Positions 1 through 12,171 of a stretch of DNA of 64,000 nt are shown piece after piece. Within the stretch, counting starts at the first letter, position 1. Each line of letters starts with the position of its first letter. Below the pieces are notes generated by a model. That model was given only the letters and a program-made list of their open reading frames with translations, had not been told where the DNA came from and did not search any database. The stretch is from Alloascoidea hylecoeti (lineage: Eukaryota), in assembly GCA_001600815.1 (NCBI GenBank), contig BCKZ01000003.1, positions 1-64,000 on the forward strand, in the 5' to 3' direction. A program made the translations under genes and the position numbers.

Positions 1-225
1 TCTGCGTCATTAACCGTTGTATCATTTGAAAGACCATACCAAACATTAGATTGTGCTGGTATTTCAACATATTGGACTGAATCGAATCTTCTTTTNTCNT
101 TACTTGGGTCATATTTTACACATTGTGGTCCGGTATGACCGAGTTTGTGGCAAATATAACATCTGACCTTTTTTGAGATATTATCATTAGAAGTATTATC
201 GGAGTTAGAGGTAGCGGATTTATTG
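1..225 (-). mobile_element. Ty1/copia-like gag fragment with CCHC zinc knuckle, running off the left edge of the window
   Basis: My translation of the minus strand reads ...KKVRCYICHKLGHTGPQCVKYDPS..KRRFDSVQYVEIPAQSNV. This is paralogous to CYICHKFRHTGPECSKYDPNKDKKRFEPVQYIELPGQSTV in ORF 1896..2780. It is not in the ORF track. Confidence 0.8.
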
Positions 226-284
226 GTTGTTTAATTCAATAATTACATCATTTGAATAATTCTTGTCGGTTAAAAGGCTTGCAA

Positions 285-450
285 TGTTGAAAAATACTTC
301 TTACATACTTCGATTTATTATTTAATATTTATACTTACAATTATATAACTTATATACATAAATATTAATATAAAAGGAGACTAAATCCACCATTGGATTT
401 AGTTCTCCATCCTTTATCTTAATCACTTTTCTTAATAAGAAAGCAGTAAA
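285..450 (+). mobile_element. LTR/leader-like fragment
   Basis: Starts TGTTG at 285. Contains TATAAAA followed by the hairpin GGAGACTAAATCC-ACCATT-GGATTTAGTTCTCC. Its reverse complement matches 841-900 and 1711-1735. Confidence 0.5.
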
Positions 451-451
451 A

Positions 452-965
452 ATCGTTATGCAAATGTGGCCTCAAGCCAGGCGAACACAATTGGGAAGTA
501 AAAACCCTTGTCAAATTTCTCAGATGATTGGTTGTTAATTGATTCGTTGAACGATTTAAATTGTTCATAAGGCAGGTCTTTTGTTCCATACGTTACAAAG
601 TCCTGTTAAGTGAACGTTTTAGTAGTGTCCGGGGGATCTGGACTGACTGCGAATTCACCAGACATTTTTGTATGGAAAAGTAAATTTTAATAAAATTTGT
701 AAAATAAGTTTGTAAAAATAAAGTTTGTGATAAAAGTTTGTGAAAATTTTACTAGTAATTGATCAAATTTAGCAAGACGAAAAGATTGGAAATCTATTAA
801 TTTTGTAAATTTTTCACTTTTAGTAGTAAGAGATGGTAATAAGATAAACAGGATAGAGATCTAAATCCTGAGGAGGATTTAGTCNCTTTTATATTCATTT
901 TTCTTATATATCTATATAGTTTATTTAATAATATTTATTTTGATGTTGAATATTATTTTTTAACA
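452..965 (-). pseudogene. Degenerate copia-like element: LTR/leader (666-965) plus gag N-terminus (452-665) with an internal stop
   Basis: ATG at 665 gives MSGEFAVSPDPPDTTKTFT*QDFVTYGTKDLPYEQFKSFNESINNQSSEKFDKGFYFPIVFAWLEATFA*, which aligns with KSLTFNDL...FETFDFGYYFPVVNAWIMNIF. The leader shares AAAGATTGGAAATCT and AAGATAAA(C)AGGATAGAG with 1546-1736. Begins TGTTA at 965. Confidence 0.7.
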
Positions 966-1245
966 GAGTTCTTTTGTTTTATCAATTTTATATTTCACGT
1001 GACCTAACATGTGACCTTGCCGTCTTTCGGAGACCCCCACGGACTTTCAATAGTCACACCCACTTATTAATTTCCTATTACAATTTCCCCCACCTAAATA
1101 GTTTCCTTGTCTAGTTTCCATAGCTTCCTATATAAAGAGAACCAAATCCCGAACTTTTGGTTTTGGTTCTCTACTCTTTCTTATTTATCTTTAATATATT
1201 ACTTACTTTATTTCAACCAATATATTTACTTAAGTTTACCGATTA

Positions 1246-1545
1246 TTACATTGTGTCTAGAAGTCTGCAAAAATTAACGGGAAATTTGTTACCATGATAC
1301 ATTGTCTCAATAAATTCGACATTGAATGATAAATCAACAAACATATTTTGAAAAATATTCATGATCCATGCATTGACAACCGGGAAGTAGTAACCAAAAT
1401 CAAACGTCTCAAAGTTTTCATATTTAATTGATTCAAATTGAGTTTTGAAACAATCAAAGTTTATATCACCACCTGTGACGGTAAGATCGTTAAAGGTGAG
1501 TGATTTGATTGGTCTATCTGACGTGGGAGTTACGTCAGAAGCCAT
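1246..1545 (-). pseudogene. Truncated gag N-terminus (99 aa), inverted copy
   Basis: From about residue 9 onward it is nearly identical to the plus-strand frame at 1737-2008. It stops immediately after the repeat arm ends. Confidence 0.75.
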
Positions 1546-2007
1546 AATGAGATTGAAAAGTTTTTTGTAAAGGTTTTAGTAAGTTTTGTAAGTAAAATTT
1601 GGTAAAATTTGTAATAAAAAGTTTCAATAATAGGCAGATTAAAGGTAAAGATTGGAAATCTGACGATTTTAAGTGCTTTTTTATTGAAATAGAGTAGTTA
1701 AAATATGAATAAGATAAAGGATAGAGAACTAAATCATCAGATAGACCAATCAAATCACTCACCTTTAACGATCTTACCGTCACAGGTGGTGATATAAACT
1801 TTGATTGTTTCAAAATTCAATTTGAATCAATTAAATATGAAAAATTTGAGACGTTTGATTTTGGTTACTACTTCCCGGTTGTCAATGCATGGATCATGAA
1901 TATTTTTCAAAATATGTTTGTTGATTTATCATTCAATGTCGAATTTATTGAGACAATGTATCATGGTAACAAATTTCCCGTTAATTTTTGCAGACTTTTA
2001 GACACCA
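1251..2007. repeat. ~270-bp inverted repeat (arms ~1251-1521 and ~1737-2007, spacer ~215 bp)
   Basis: Direct reverse-complement match with only a few mismatches, e.g. AAATTTCCCGTTAATTTTTGCAGACT and CAGATAGACCAATCAAATCACTCACC. Confidence 0.95.
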
Positions 2008-2780
2008 TGATTAAGTCTAGATTCAGCAAAACTGTACTGGTCAATTTTGACCCAGCATATAATGGAATTCAACTTTATCATGAACTTTATACATCTTTCA
2101 GTATTAATAATTTTGAAGTTCTAGATCGTTTAATGCTACTCAAAAAATTTACTAAGAATGTTTTAGAACATGGTTCTAATTATAAAGAATTTAACGATCA
2201 TGTCACCATCATGTCATACTATTTTGTGAATATCAAAGATTTAATTCCCTACTATACATTGTTTAATACTACAGCTGAAAAAATTGATAATATTATCACA
2301 AGAAGCAATTTGTCCAATTATTCAGAATTCGAAAATGTATCACACAGAAAACTAATCACTCAAATTAAGAAGTTTGATGCAATCAAATCATACGATTCTG
2401 AAGAAATTAATTATGTTAAGGCAAACAAATTCAATAATAATAATGTCTCAAATACTAAGAATGATTTCCGTAAAAATGTTAAATGTTATATTTGTCACAA
2501 GTTTCGTCATACAGGTCCTGAATGTTCAAAATACGATCCCAACAAGGATAAGAAACGTTTCGAGCCCGTACAATATATTGAACTGCCAGGTCAATCTACA
2601 GTATACTATTCTGAAACAGATAATGGTCACTCAAACCCTGAAGAAATCTTCCTAATCTCAGAAACTCCGTTTATCTCAGATAGTGGATCAAGCTGTCACC
2701 TAGCAACGGATAGAAACTTGCTCACAAACGTACATCCCTCTGCTACTACTGTAAAAGGCATTGATAATATTGAATGTTAG
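1737..2780 (+). mobile_element. Ty1/copia-like gag plus the start of the protease, truncated
   Basis: The frame is open from ~1737 (first ATG at 1896). It has a CX2CX4HX4C knuckle (CYICHKFRHTGPEC) followed by a copia protease-like FISDSGSSCHL motif. No integrase or RT follows. Confidence 0.8.
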
Positions 2781-3420
2781 TTACTCGTCGCTAAGTGTTA
2801 TCACTAGGACTAAGTTTCAAATATAGTTCAACACCATTTAATTGGGAACGATAACTCTTGAGGAGATCATCCGAAAAACGAAGACGAATTAAGTATTCCA
2901 GGAGACGAAAATTTGGAGGGGGTCATCTGGTTTATGCAACCATGCATATGTCTCCATTTGGGGATACATGAGATCCTGCTATGCAGGTAACTACATTAAT
3001 TTCACTTGGACAGTTCTACTCCATTATTTGTTGAATCCTTCCTCCGCCCGTTGCCCAAGTTTCAATTTTTTTAGCTATACAAAAATAATACTGCTTTTTA
3101 GTACGCCTGAGCTCGTTTCATTTTCTAATGATATAGCCGGCTCTCCCACCCCACATCTTCAATGTCGCTGTCGATCTTGAATCCTTGGTAAATCTTCTAC
3201 ACCCTTAGCTCTGCACCAACTTTTATATATCATTCCTTTATCTAAATATTATCGTTCCTTAAGTTTTCCATATATTTAACTTTGGTAAAAACATGCGTCG
3301 AACCAGTCCTTCAAACACACTTTCATTAACCTTCAATAGTGAAAATAGATCTAAGGTCTATATATTCTTTATAATATCTATCCATAACGGATTTTGATTT
3401 TTTATATATACAATCTAACA
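2775..3420. mobile_element. Possible LTR-like insertion interrupting pol
   Basis: TGTTAG at 2775 supplies the stop that truncates the ORF. Its reverse complement CTAACA ends at 3420. No target-site duplication is visible. Confidence 0.3.
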
Positions 3421-6400
3421 AATAAGGAAACTCTGTACTATTGTACAGTACCAGTCGGTATAAGTCCCTTGAACATAGGAAAAATTATATTAATGGCCGA
3501 AAAATATTCTACTAATAAATCGTTTGGGGTGGTTAATGGCAAGGCTTTGAGAAATAATTAAGATTGAATGGTTGACTATTATATGATAAATTGTTTTAGA
3601 AAGTCGCTTCTATCTTTATTATTATTGATTTTATAATTACATCGCTTAAGTTTACTTTAGTTGACGCGCTTTCAGATTTTTAGTATAGATTTATATCACA
3701 AGTCATTTATGACTCGTTTATTGTTAGCGCGTTTTGAAGTTTAAACCTCAATTTACTCATTTAGATAGCTTATGTTCGCCTAATTCTAAAGATAATCATT
3801 CAATTAACTTCTTATCCAATATACAACATAATACAAGTATATCACCATTTATTTATAGCTGCTCTACGAATCAAGTTCAGTAGTTGAGATAAATAAGATA
3901 TAAATATCTTTAGTACATCTGGTCTAATTCTTCTTATTACAATATAATACAATAGTGTCTCAATATATTTACAGCTGGTTTACGAATCAAGTTTAACAGT
4001 TTAGACATATTGGGTATTAAGGTGTTTAGTATAAAGATGGTATTAATAGAATTTATGATGAAAGAACCTGAAGTTATAAGCGATCTTAATCCTATAAAAT
4101 ATGATAACAAATGTCTTTTATCAATTTCAGGACAATTTACTACAACTTAGAATCTCTCAGTGACAGACTACTCCTTTTAGGAAGCTAACCAATTTATAGA
4201 TTTTTAAAATGTAGCTTTTGAGTAACAAACCTAGTACACTTACATACTGTATTGACCAAAGCCGACATTGCCCCATTTGTAGATTTGTAGTTAAATTAAA
4301 GTTACAATATTTATGTCAGATACCAACGGTGATTCGAGTTTCACAAAGTAGGTCTTTCTCTTTGTAAAGATTCTGTTTGAAACATTATGAATATTTCAAC
4401 CTCCTCGAGATCTCAAGTTAGATTGAACAATAGGGATGTATTTTGTCATATGCCAAAATATGTCGACCCCGAATATAAGGTCTTATAAGATATGCAGGAA
4501 TCTGAATAGTAGATAATGAATAGAAAGTCATAATAGCATTACTTTTCTGGTATAATTAAATTATTTCATGACTATCATTTCATGTTCCTCCTCTTAAGTA
4601 AGATAAATACAAGCTTCTTTATATAACTGTATTTCATTATCACCAGATTGTAAGTGCAATCCTCCTTATTCAATTACTATGCATCCCACACCAATAAAAA
4701 TTGTTTTTGTTTTACTTGTTACTATATTTGTTTTATTATTTTTATATAGCTATCAAGCAGCTTTGATTGAAAATATAAACAGTATTTTCATTAAAAATGT
4801 TTGACAATTAATATAACTAGTATACTTTCTTAACTGCAAATTACCCAACTACAAGATTATTAGATTTAGGGGATAGATAAAGTTTTTAAATTTCATTTGA
4901 CATTACGGCGTATCTCATAGAGGGCGCCTCGATGTTGTTTTCTGTTTAGTTTTAGATGGAGAATTATAAGGAATAATAAGAATAATATTAATTTCACAGA
5001 AAACCTAGCCTAACCTAACAGATAATCATATAAGGTAAGAGAGGAATCATTAGTTAGAGCCGTTGCTAAATCAAATCCTATCGAGTTCTCATAATAATAG
5101 AACAATAACGTTCCACTTTCCTAAAGGCTTGTGTGTTACTCCTTCATTCCACTTACTTAGTAGTTAGATTACATGCTCGTGGCTTTCATTTGTCACGTCA
5201 TACCTCCAGCGCACTCACTATTTTATAAACTGTAGATACACCGCAGACCGCAAAGAACTCTGAATTGGCACCACTCAGATACCACAGCATTTATTTGTTT
5301 CAACAACAAATTACAAACCCAGCAATGGATGTAGATCTATATTATTATAAAAAATAGCATTAAAAGTTACTTAACTTATTCAAGTAATCTTTGTACAATA
5401 TTTATCTACTGCGATTCATTCTTTTAATCCACGGATGATGCTATACATACACATGTTACCTAAATGTGTATACATCAATGTTAGGAGGCGAATTAGAGGT
5501 AAAATCATTCAAAAGAATCTAAAGAAATTTCAATTTATATGAAAATTTACCTGAACGAAATAAATCCACTAAGTTTGTAAAAGATGGTTACAAATCGTGG
5601 TTGGAATAATGGAAAATATGAGATATCTGATGATGATTTCCGCATTTGGACAAAGCATCAATGGGATGCAGGGAACTTCATTATCATATGCATATATAGC
5701 ATCACAGTGCTTGAAGATCCCCTCAAAACTATTCAAAGTGGAATTCCGACTTCTATGAGTTGAAGGTTTAATTACATATAATTCTGCCGGCATAATAAAT
5801 AGGGATATGTGTCAGAAGGTTAGTGCTAGTAAGTTCAATACATTAAATCGTAGAGGTACGCTCATGATCACATCACGTGCACAACAATATTTACAAAAGT
5901 AAATATCAAATATATATTATCATTATGAGATCAAGAAGAATTTAGTAATAATATTTTTAATTATTCATATTTATTTCTCGTTTTGCAATTCGCGGCTCGA
6001 ATATAACAATTTTGTGTTAGAAGGCATATGCACATGCATATTAATATACAATCGTAACCCGTCGGGCACATATCACCTCCAAAATCGTAGGAGATTGCAT
6101 GTAATTCAATTTTTTATATAATTAGTTCTCCCTATTTTTCTCTTTTTAATTTTTCTTACATGCGTAAATGCTCAAGGGAGTGGCTACAATTATTACTGAA
6201 ACATACTTATAAATCCGTAAGGTTCTTTATAATACAGACAGTTTCTCCAGTACAATTTCGTGATATTCGGGATCCTATTTGCTCACTTTCATATGTGTAT
6301 TTTCGCCACTAAAAAATTTATTAATTAGTTTTCCTGGTGACCACAATTTGATTATTTGGCTTTCGGCGCATCTTGGCATACGTACGTAGCCGTGTCCAAC

Positions 6401-6628
6401 CCCCTTCAACCAAAATATGAATACAAGGCGAAACTATCTATATCCAAAGAGTTGAAACTTAATCACGTGCCAATAAATATGCTGTAAACCACCAAAAACT
6501 CTAATTCATATTATCCGGGTAAAAGTTGAGGTGTACGGTAGTTTTGGATCACTTAGGTTAACACGTTTCTCCTCTGCTTTGGACAACTTGACCCATTAAA
6601 TTGGTTTGATTCGATAATATATAACAAA

Positions 6629-8137
6629 ATGGTAGCATCAAACAAACATTTGAAGGAGGAGTTTGTCAGCGGTTTGACTGGTGGTTCAGTCTCTGAAATT
6701 TATTTGATTACTTTTATGCTACCTGTAAGTATACATAGAACAAAAGTAGATAGGTAAATGGAATTTTATTTAACAAGAGATACACAGATAGGATATGGAG
6801 TCTGGTGCCTTATACAAAAATATACAAACNTTTTCACTAACAAGAAACTAAATATAATTTCTTCGTTTACTGATTTTTTACTAAATTATGGGGCGATATT
6901 ACTGGTCCTCACAATATATTCCTCTGAACCATTGCTACTAGCATCCTTAATATTACTACCAATTTTGCCGATGATTATTCTTTTCAGGGCGAAAAGTAAA
7001 AGTAAAACGACAGTTGCTGATATTCAAACATCATATAGTAAGGAAAAGAAAGGAATATCTGATTATTTACCGAAACGTGGATTCTTAACGGCATATAGGG
7101 GAGGAATGATGGTTATTACATGTGCTGCTATTTTGGCTGTTGACTTTCGTGTTTTTCCGAGACGATTAGCTAAAGTCGAAACGTGGGGTACATCATTAAT
7201 GGACCTTGGTGTTGGATCATTTGTATTTTCAATGGGTGTTGTATCCGCCAGACCTTTATTAATACTAAAAGCAAAAGGTATAAAACCAGGTTTTATTAAA
7301 ACACTGGTCGAATCACTAAAAGGTTCATTTTCTGTTTTGACCCTCGGTGTTATTCGGCTAGTTTCTGTGAAATTATTAGATTATCAAGAACATGTTACTG
7401 AATATGGAACACATTGGAATTTTTTCATAACCCTAGGATTAATTGGTCCATTTACAGCTTTGTTTACTATTGTTTTACGATATATTCCACAAAGTGCAAT
7501 AGCAATAATTATTACGATTGCCTATGAATTGGCATTAACCAAAACAGAGTTATTGTCATATATTCTAATGGCACCAAGAATTGATATTATATCACATAAT
7601 AAAGAAGGAATATTTTCCTTCGTTGGATATTTTTCAATATTTCTTGTTGCCCAATCTATTGGTCTCCACGTTTTACCACGAAGAAAACCCTTTAAAAATG
7701 AAAAAAATCCCAAACCTACCGATGACAATCTCATTTTTTATATGTTAACAAGAGCAGCGTTTTATCAAGTGGTCCATTTTCTTGTCTCAACGTATTATTC
7801 CTATGATGTTTCTAGGAGAATTGCAAATGCACCATATGTCACTTGGGTTGTATCATTTAATGTTTTTTCTCTAACCGTTTATATTTTAATTGAAAAATGC
7901 ACTTTTGGGAATGGCTTTAATTATGATGAACATGTTCCTTATTCTTTGGAAGTTATTAATAAAAATGGCCTTTTTATATTCCTTTTAGCGAATGTCACTA
8001 CTGGGTTGATAAACATGAATATTGATACATTAAATGCAGATAATGTAAAATCAATGGCTATTTTGACCTCTTATTTACTTTTTCTCTTCATAGCAGGCAT
8101 TTTTTTACACATAAATAAGATACCTAAATTAATATAA
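6629..8137 (+). CDS. GWT1: GPI inositol acyltransferase; join(6629..6724,6788..8137)
   Basis: Exon 1 reads KEEFVSGLTGGS; motifs AILAVDF, AKVETWGTSLMDLGVG and YQEHVTEYGTHWNFF. Intron GTAAGT..CAG at 6725-6787 keeps the frame. Confidence 0.95.
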
Positions 8138-8283
8138 ATTTTGTTTTTGTATGTAGCATTGTGTATATTGTATCACGGTCCCATATCTACCAACAGTAAA
8201 GAAATTTTGATGAAACCTCCTAGACCTCTTCAAATTCACTGTTTGATTTTTCAACACTAAGAAAGTTCTATAATTAATTTGAA

Positions 8284-10169
8284 ATGGACGCTGACGCCAC
8301 TCATAGATTCATTCCTGAACACCGTCGTACGAATTATAAAAATAAGGGCCACTTTAGACCTGAAGAATTGCGTCGTAGAAGAGATGAAGCTCAGATCGAA
8401 CTAAGAAAGGCCAAGAGGGATGAATCTTTAGCAAAAAGACGAAACATGGTTGATCTTATTTCGACAGCTGAAGACAGTGACGAAGAAGGTGAAGAAGACG
8501 CAAACTTCGCAAGACAGGTATGTTTTCATGGATTTGTCGATTTTTCCCACTCTTCTATATCTAGGTAGATCAAATATTCTGGTTGCCACTAGGAAATTTG
8601 AAATAGCTATGATAAAAACGCAGCAAACTTTTCTTTGATCTATATGTTAAATAAATCGCCCTGAGCGACGGCTTTTATTTATTCTGTCATGATCTGAAAA
8701 AAACTACTTGTTTATGACGTGTCAGTTTCTTCTTATTCTTTCTTTCCCTTAAATGCAACTAACCAATTATGATGATCTAGCTTGAAGATGATTTACCTAA
8801 GATGATGGAAGAAATCAAATCGGCCGATTTGGAAACTCAGGTTAATGCAACGATTAAATTTCGAAAAGTACTATCCAGGGAAAGAAATCCTCCAATAGAT
8901 CAAGTAATTCAATCAGGAGTTGTTCCTATTTTAGTTGGGTTTTTGAAGAGTCCCCCTGATATTTTACAATTGGAAGCCGCTTGGGCTTTAACCAATATCG
9001 CTTCTGGTTCCTCTGCCCAGACTACTGTCGTTGTGGAGTCCGGTGCCGTCCCCATCTTTATTGAATTACTTAGTTATCCTTCTGTTGATGTTAAGGAACA
9101 AGCTATTTGGGCTTTAGGTAATATTGCCGGTGATTCAGCAAAATACAGAGATTATGTTTTAAGTTGTGATGCTTTGCCCCCAATCATCAACTTGATGAGC
9201 TCCTCGAAAACAAGTTTATTGCGTAATGCAACTTGGACTCTATCGAATTTATGTCGTGGTAAAAGCCCCCAACCGGCTTGGGAATTGGTCTCTACTGCTA
9301 TTCCCACTTTAGCTAAATTAATTTATTCAATGGATGATGAGATTTTAATTGATGCCTGTTGGGCTCTGTCTTATCTTTCTGATGGTCCTAACGAAAAAAT
9401 TCAAGCTGTTATCGATGCTGGTATTCCACGTCGTTTGGTTGAACTATTAGGACATAATTCAACCCAAGTCCAAACTCCTGCTTTAAGAGCTATTGGTAAT
9501 ATTGTTACTGGTAACAGTGTTCAAACTCAAGTTGTAATTAATGCTGGTGCTTTAACTGCTTTATTACCTTTGTTGTCTTCTGGAAAAGAAAATATCAAGA
9601 AGGAAGCATGCTGGACTATTTCAAACATAACAGCTGGAACTCCCCAACAAATTCAAGCTGTAATCGATGCAAATTTGATTCCACCATTGATTAGATTATT
9701 AAGTATTGCTGATTACAGAACTAAGAAGGAGGCATGTTGGGCAATTTCAAACGCTACATCTGGTGGTTTATTAAAACCTGAACAAATAAAATATCTTGTT
9801 AGTCAGGGTTGTATAAAACCGTTATGCGATCTTCTTGCAGTTACAGACAATAAAATTATTCAAGTCACTCTGGATGCGTTAGACAATATTTTAAAAATAG
9901 GTGATATGGAGAAAGAAGCTCAGGGTACTCTAGTTAATGAGAATGCATTATATATTGAAGAAGCCGGTGGTATGGAAAAGATTTTTGAATGTCAAAATAA
10001 TGAGAATGAAGAAATCTATCAAAAGTCTTATACTATTATCGCTAAATATTTTGCAGATGATGATGGTGATAATGCTGAGGACACGAACCTTGCTCCGCAA
10101 CAAGAAGGAAACACTTTCGCTTTTGGCACTGCTGCTTCTGAACAACAAAATACATTTTCTTTCAATTGA
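8284..10169 (+). CDS. SRP1: Importin alpha; join(8284..8517,8781..10169)
   Basis: IBB domain ([26 protein letters not shown]) and ARM repeats ([11 protein letters not shown]). Intron GTATGT..ACTAAC..TAG at 8518-8780. Confidence 0.97.
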
Positions 10170-10890
10170 TTATATTAACAGTAATAATAAGATAGAATAA
10201 AATATACCCAATTTTGAAAAGAAAAAGCCAAAGGAAAAGTTTTAATTAATATGAATACATTTGAATGAATGTATAATAAGTTAAGCGTAGTTAACACCGG
10301 CTATATGGTATTTCATTCATCCTCCAAACTTTTCCTTTATTTTTCCCCATAAACTCAGCCTCATCTTGATCTATTTCGTTATTATATATTTCTATGTTAT
10401 ATATAATCAAAATTTTTTATAGTTTTTATTAAAATTAAATTTGATTATCTCGTTTAAGGATGTCTCAACTAAATGTTTTGACAATTCTTTTTTGTTATTT
10501 TTGTTCCCTCATATTTCTCATTATCATTTTATATTTGAATTTGTTGATTCTATAGAAATATACCTTATATATTACCACTTTTATGCTCGTCTTTTTCCTT
10601 CACGCTTTCACGTTATATTCCCATTCATCTCCTCATGGTTTTCGATGTTCGTCATATAATTTATAATTGCTATCATCTCATAACCCTTTATATAATTTAA
10701 TAACAATTATTAGTACAAAAATTTAACATTTTGGTCCACTATGGAGTAAACATATTGGCACTCTTACAGGTATATGTATGCATCATGTGACCATTACCCG
10801 GACAACAAGTTTAATTTTTTTAAAGTTTTCTACTTCCTTTTCTAGTATTTCTTCGCTTTTGTAACAGTTTCACCTTCACCACCATCAAGT

Positions 10891-12171
10891 ATGTTTAAAT
10901 CTCACTTCCCGGGTGTTTCTGCCAGGGATCCACAACCCTCCCGCCCCTCCTCCAGGCCATCCAGGCCATCTTCCCGCCCACATTTCACATTGGCCCGGCC
11001 GGCATCTGCCTCAGGCTCCTACTCCAGGTGTAGATCCGAAACCCCTTCTCCTCCACCCCGTTTCAGTTCGTTTGGCTCAGATACAAGTATTGACAGTGCA
11101 ACAAGACCTTCTTCTGCTCCAAATTATAGAAGATCAAGGCCAATTTCAAGAACAAGCTCCTCTTTAGGTGGCTCTGGTACGGATAGCACAAGTCCAAATT
11201 CTCTATTTAGTGATGATTTAGATACAAGAAATACCAAAAGATATCATAACTCTCCACCACCTCCTTCAACGGCAAACACAAGTCTAACAGGTTATGCGGA
11301 CTTTAATAATTTCGGTGATGATATGCTACAGCCAAAATATAGCTTTAATAATGATAGATTAAGAAGACCGGGTATCAGCACTTTAGAAAAAATGAGACAA
11401 CAATTACATGTTAGATATAATAATGGTACAACTTTTCTGCCTTCTTCTGATAGAATACGGCTAAATAATCACTTGAAAGATGGTATAGGTTTAGCCTCAA
11501 ATCGTTCCAAATTATCAAATGATAATGAATCGTGGCTCAAAAAAGAATCATTAGAGCCAAGGTACTCTTCACGTAATATGCAAACAGCTGGAAACAAAAG
11601 GCAGTCTCAAGTCTCTACATCTTCTTTATCTATGAATGAAAAAGCAGAGCCTGAACCTGAAAATGGTAAGGAAAATGATAAGGAGGCCAGTCATGCTATT
11701 GAAATATTAGAAGAAAAGATGGTTGATGTTCAAGCTCTAGAATTAGATTATTTAGCGATAAAACAAGCAATTGAGGGTTTAGAAAAAAAAGTTAAACAAC
11801 AAATCCAACAAAATGATCATAATATAAACGATATTTTAGACAAATCAACTGATGATATTAACGACACAGATAATAATGATAAAGGTTTTATTGATTTTAT
11901 AGATAAGAATGATAATCCTTTTACATCTTCAAATTTCACAGATCCACAACTACTTCATCTAAAACAAGATAATATTAATGTAAGCGGAAATAAGACAAAA
12001 ATAAATATAACTACAAACGCCAAAAATGGTTTATGGAATCATATAATGAAAACAATAAATAGTCCATCCTTATCGTTAATCTTATTATTAATTATAGTAT
12101 TAATATTTCTTGTTGTTCTGCAGAAGTCAAGGAATATCAGGAATCCTTTAGACTCTTCTTACTCTTACTAA
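10891..12171 (+). CDS. Hypothetical protein: S/P/R-rich disordered N-terminus, coiled coil, C-terminal TM helix
   Basis: 426-aa ORF with a hydrophobic segment LSLILLLIIVLIFLVVL near the C-terminus. No family recognised. Confidence 0.75.
   Translation: MFKSHFPGVSARDPQPSRPSSRPSRPSSRPHFTLARPASASGSYSRCRSETPSPPPRFSSFGSDTSIDSATRPSSAPNYRRSRPISRTSSSLGGSGTDSTSPNSLFSDDLDTRNTKRYHNSPPPPSTANTSLTGYADFNNFGDDMLQPKYSFNNDRLRRPGISTLEKMRQQLHVRYNNGTTFLPSSDRIRLNNHLKDGIGLASNRSKLSNDNESWLKKESLEPRYSSRNMQTAGNKRQSQVSTSSLSMNEKAEPEPENGKENDKEASHAIEILEEKMVDVQALELDYLAIKQAIEGLEKKVKQQIQQNDHNINDILDKSTDDINDTDNNDKGFIDFIDKNDNPFTSSNFTDPQLLHLKQDNINVSGNKTKINITTNAKNGLWNHIMKTINSPSLSLILLLIIVLIFLVVLQKSRNIRNPLDSSYSY

Noticed and set aside
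3822..4030. Degenerate ~117-bp tandem duplication (shared TACGAATCAAGTT)
   Set aside because: Only two decayed units, with no coding or array structure.
5569..5793. 74-aa minus-strand ORF
   Set aside because: No motifs or splice support.
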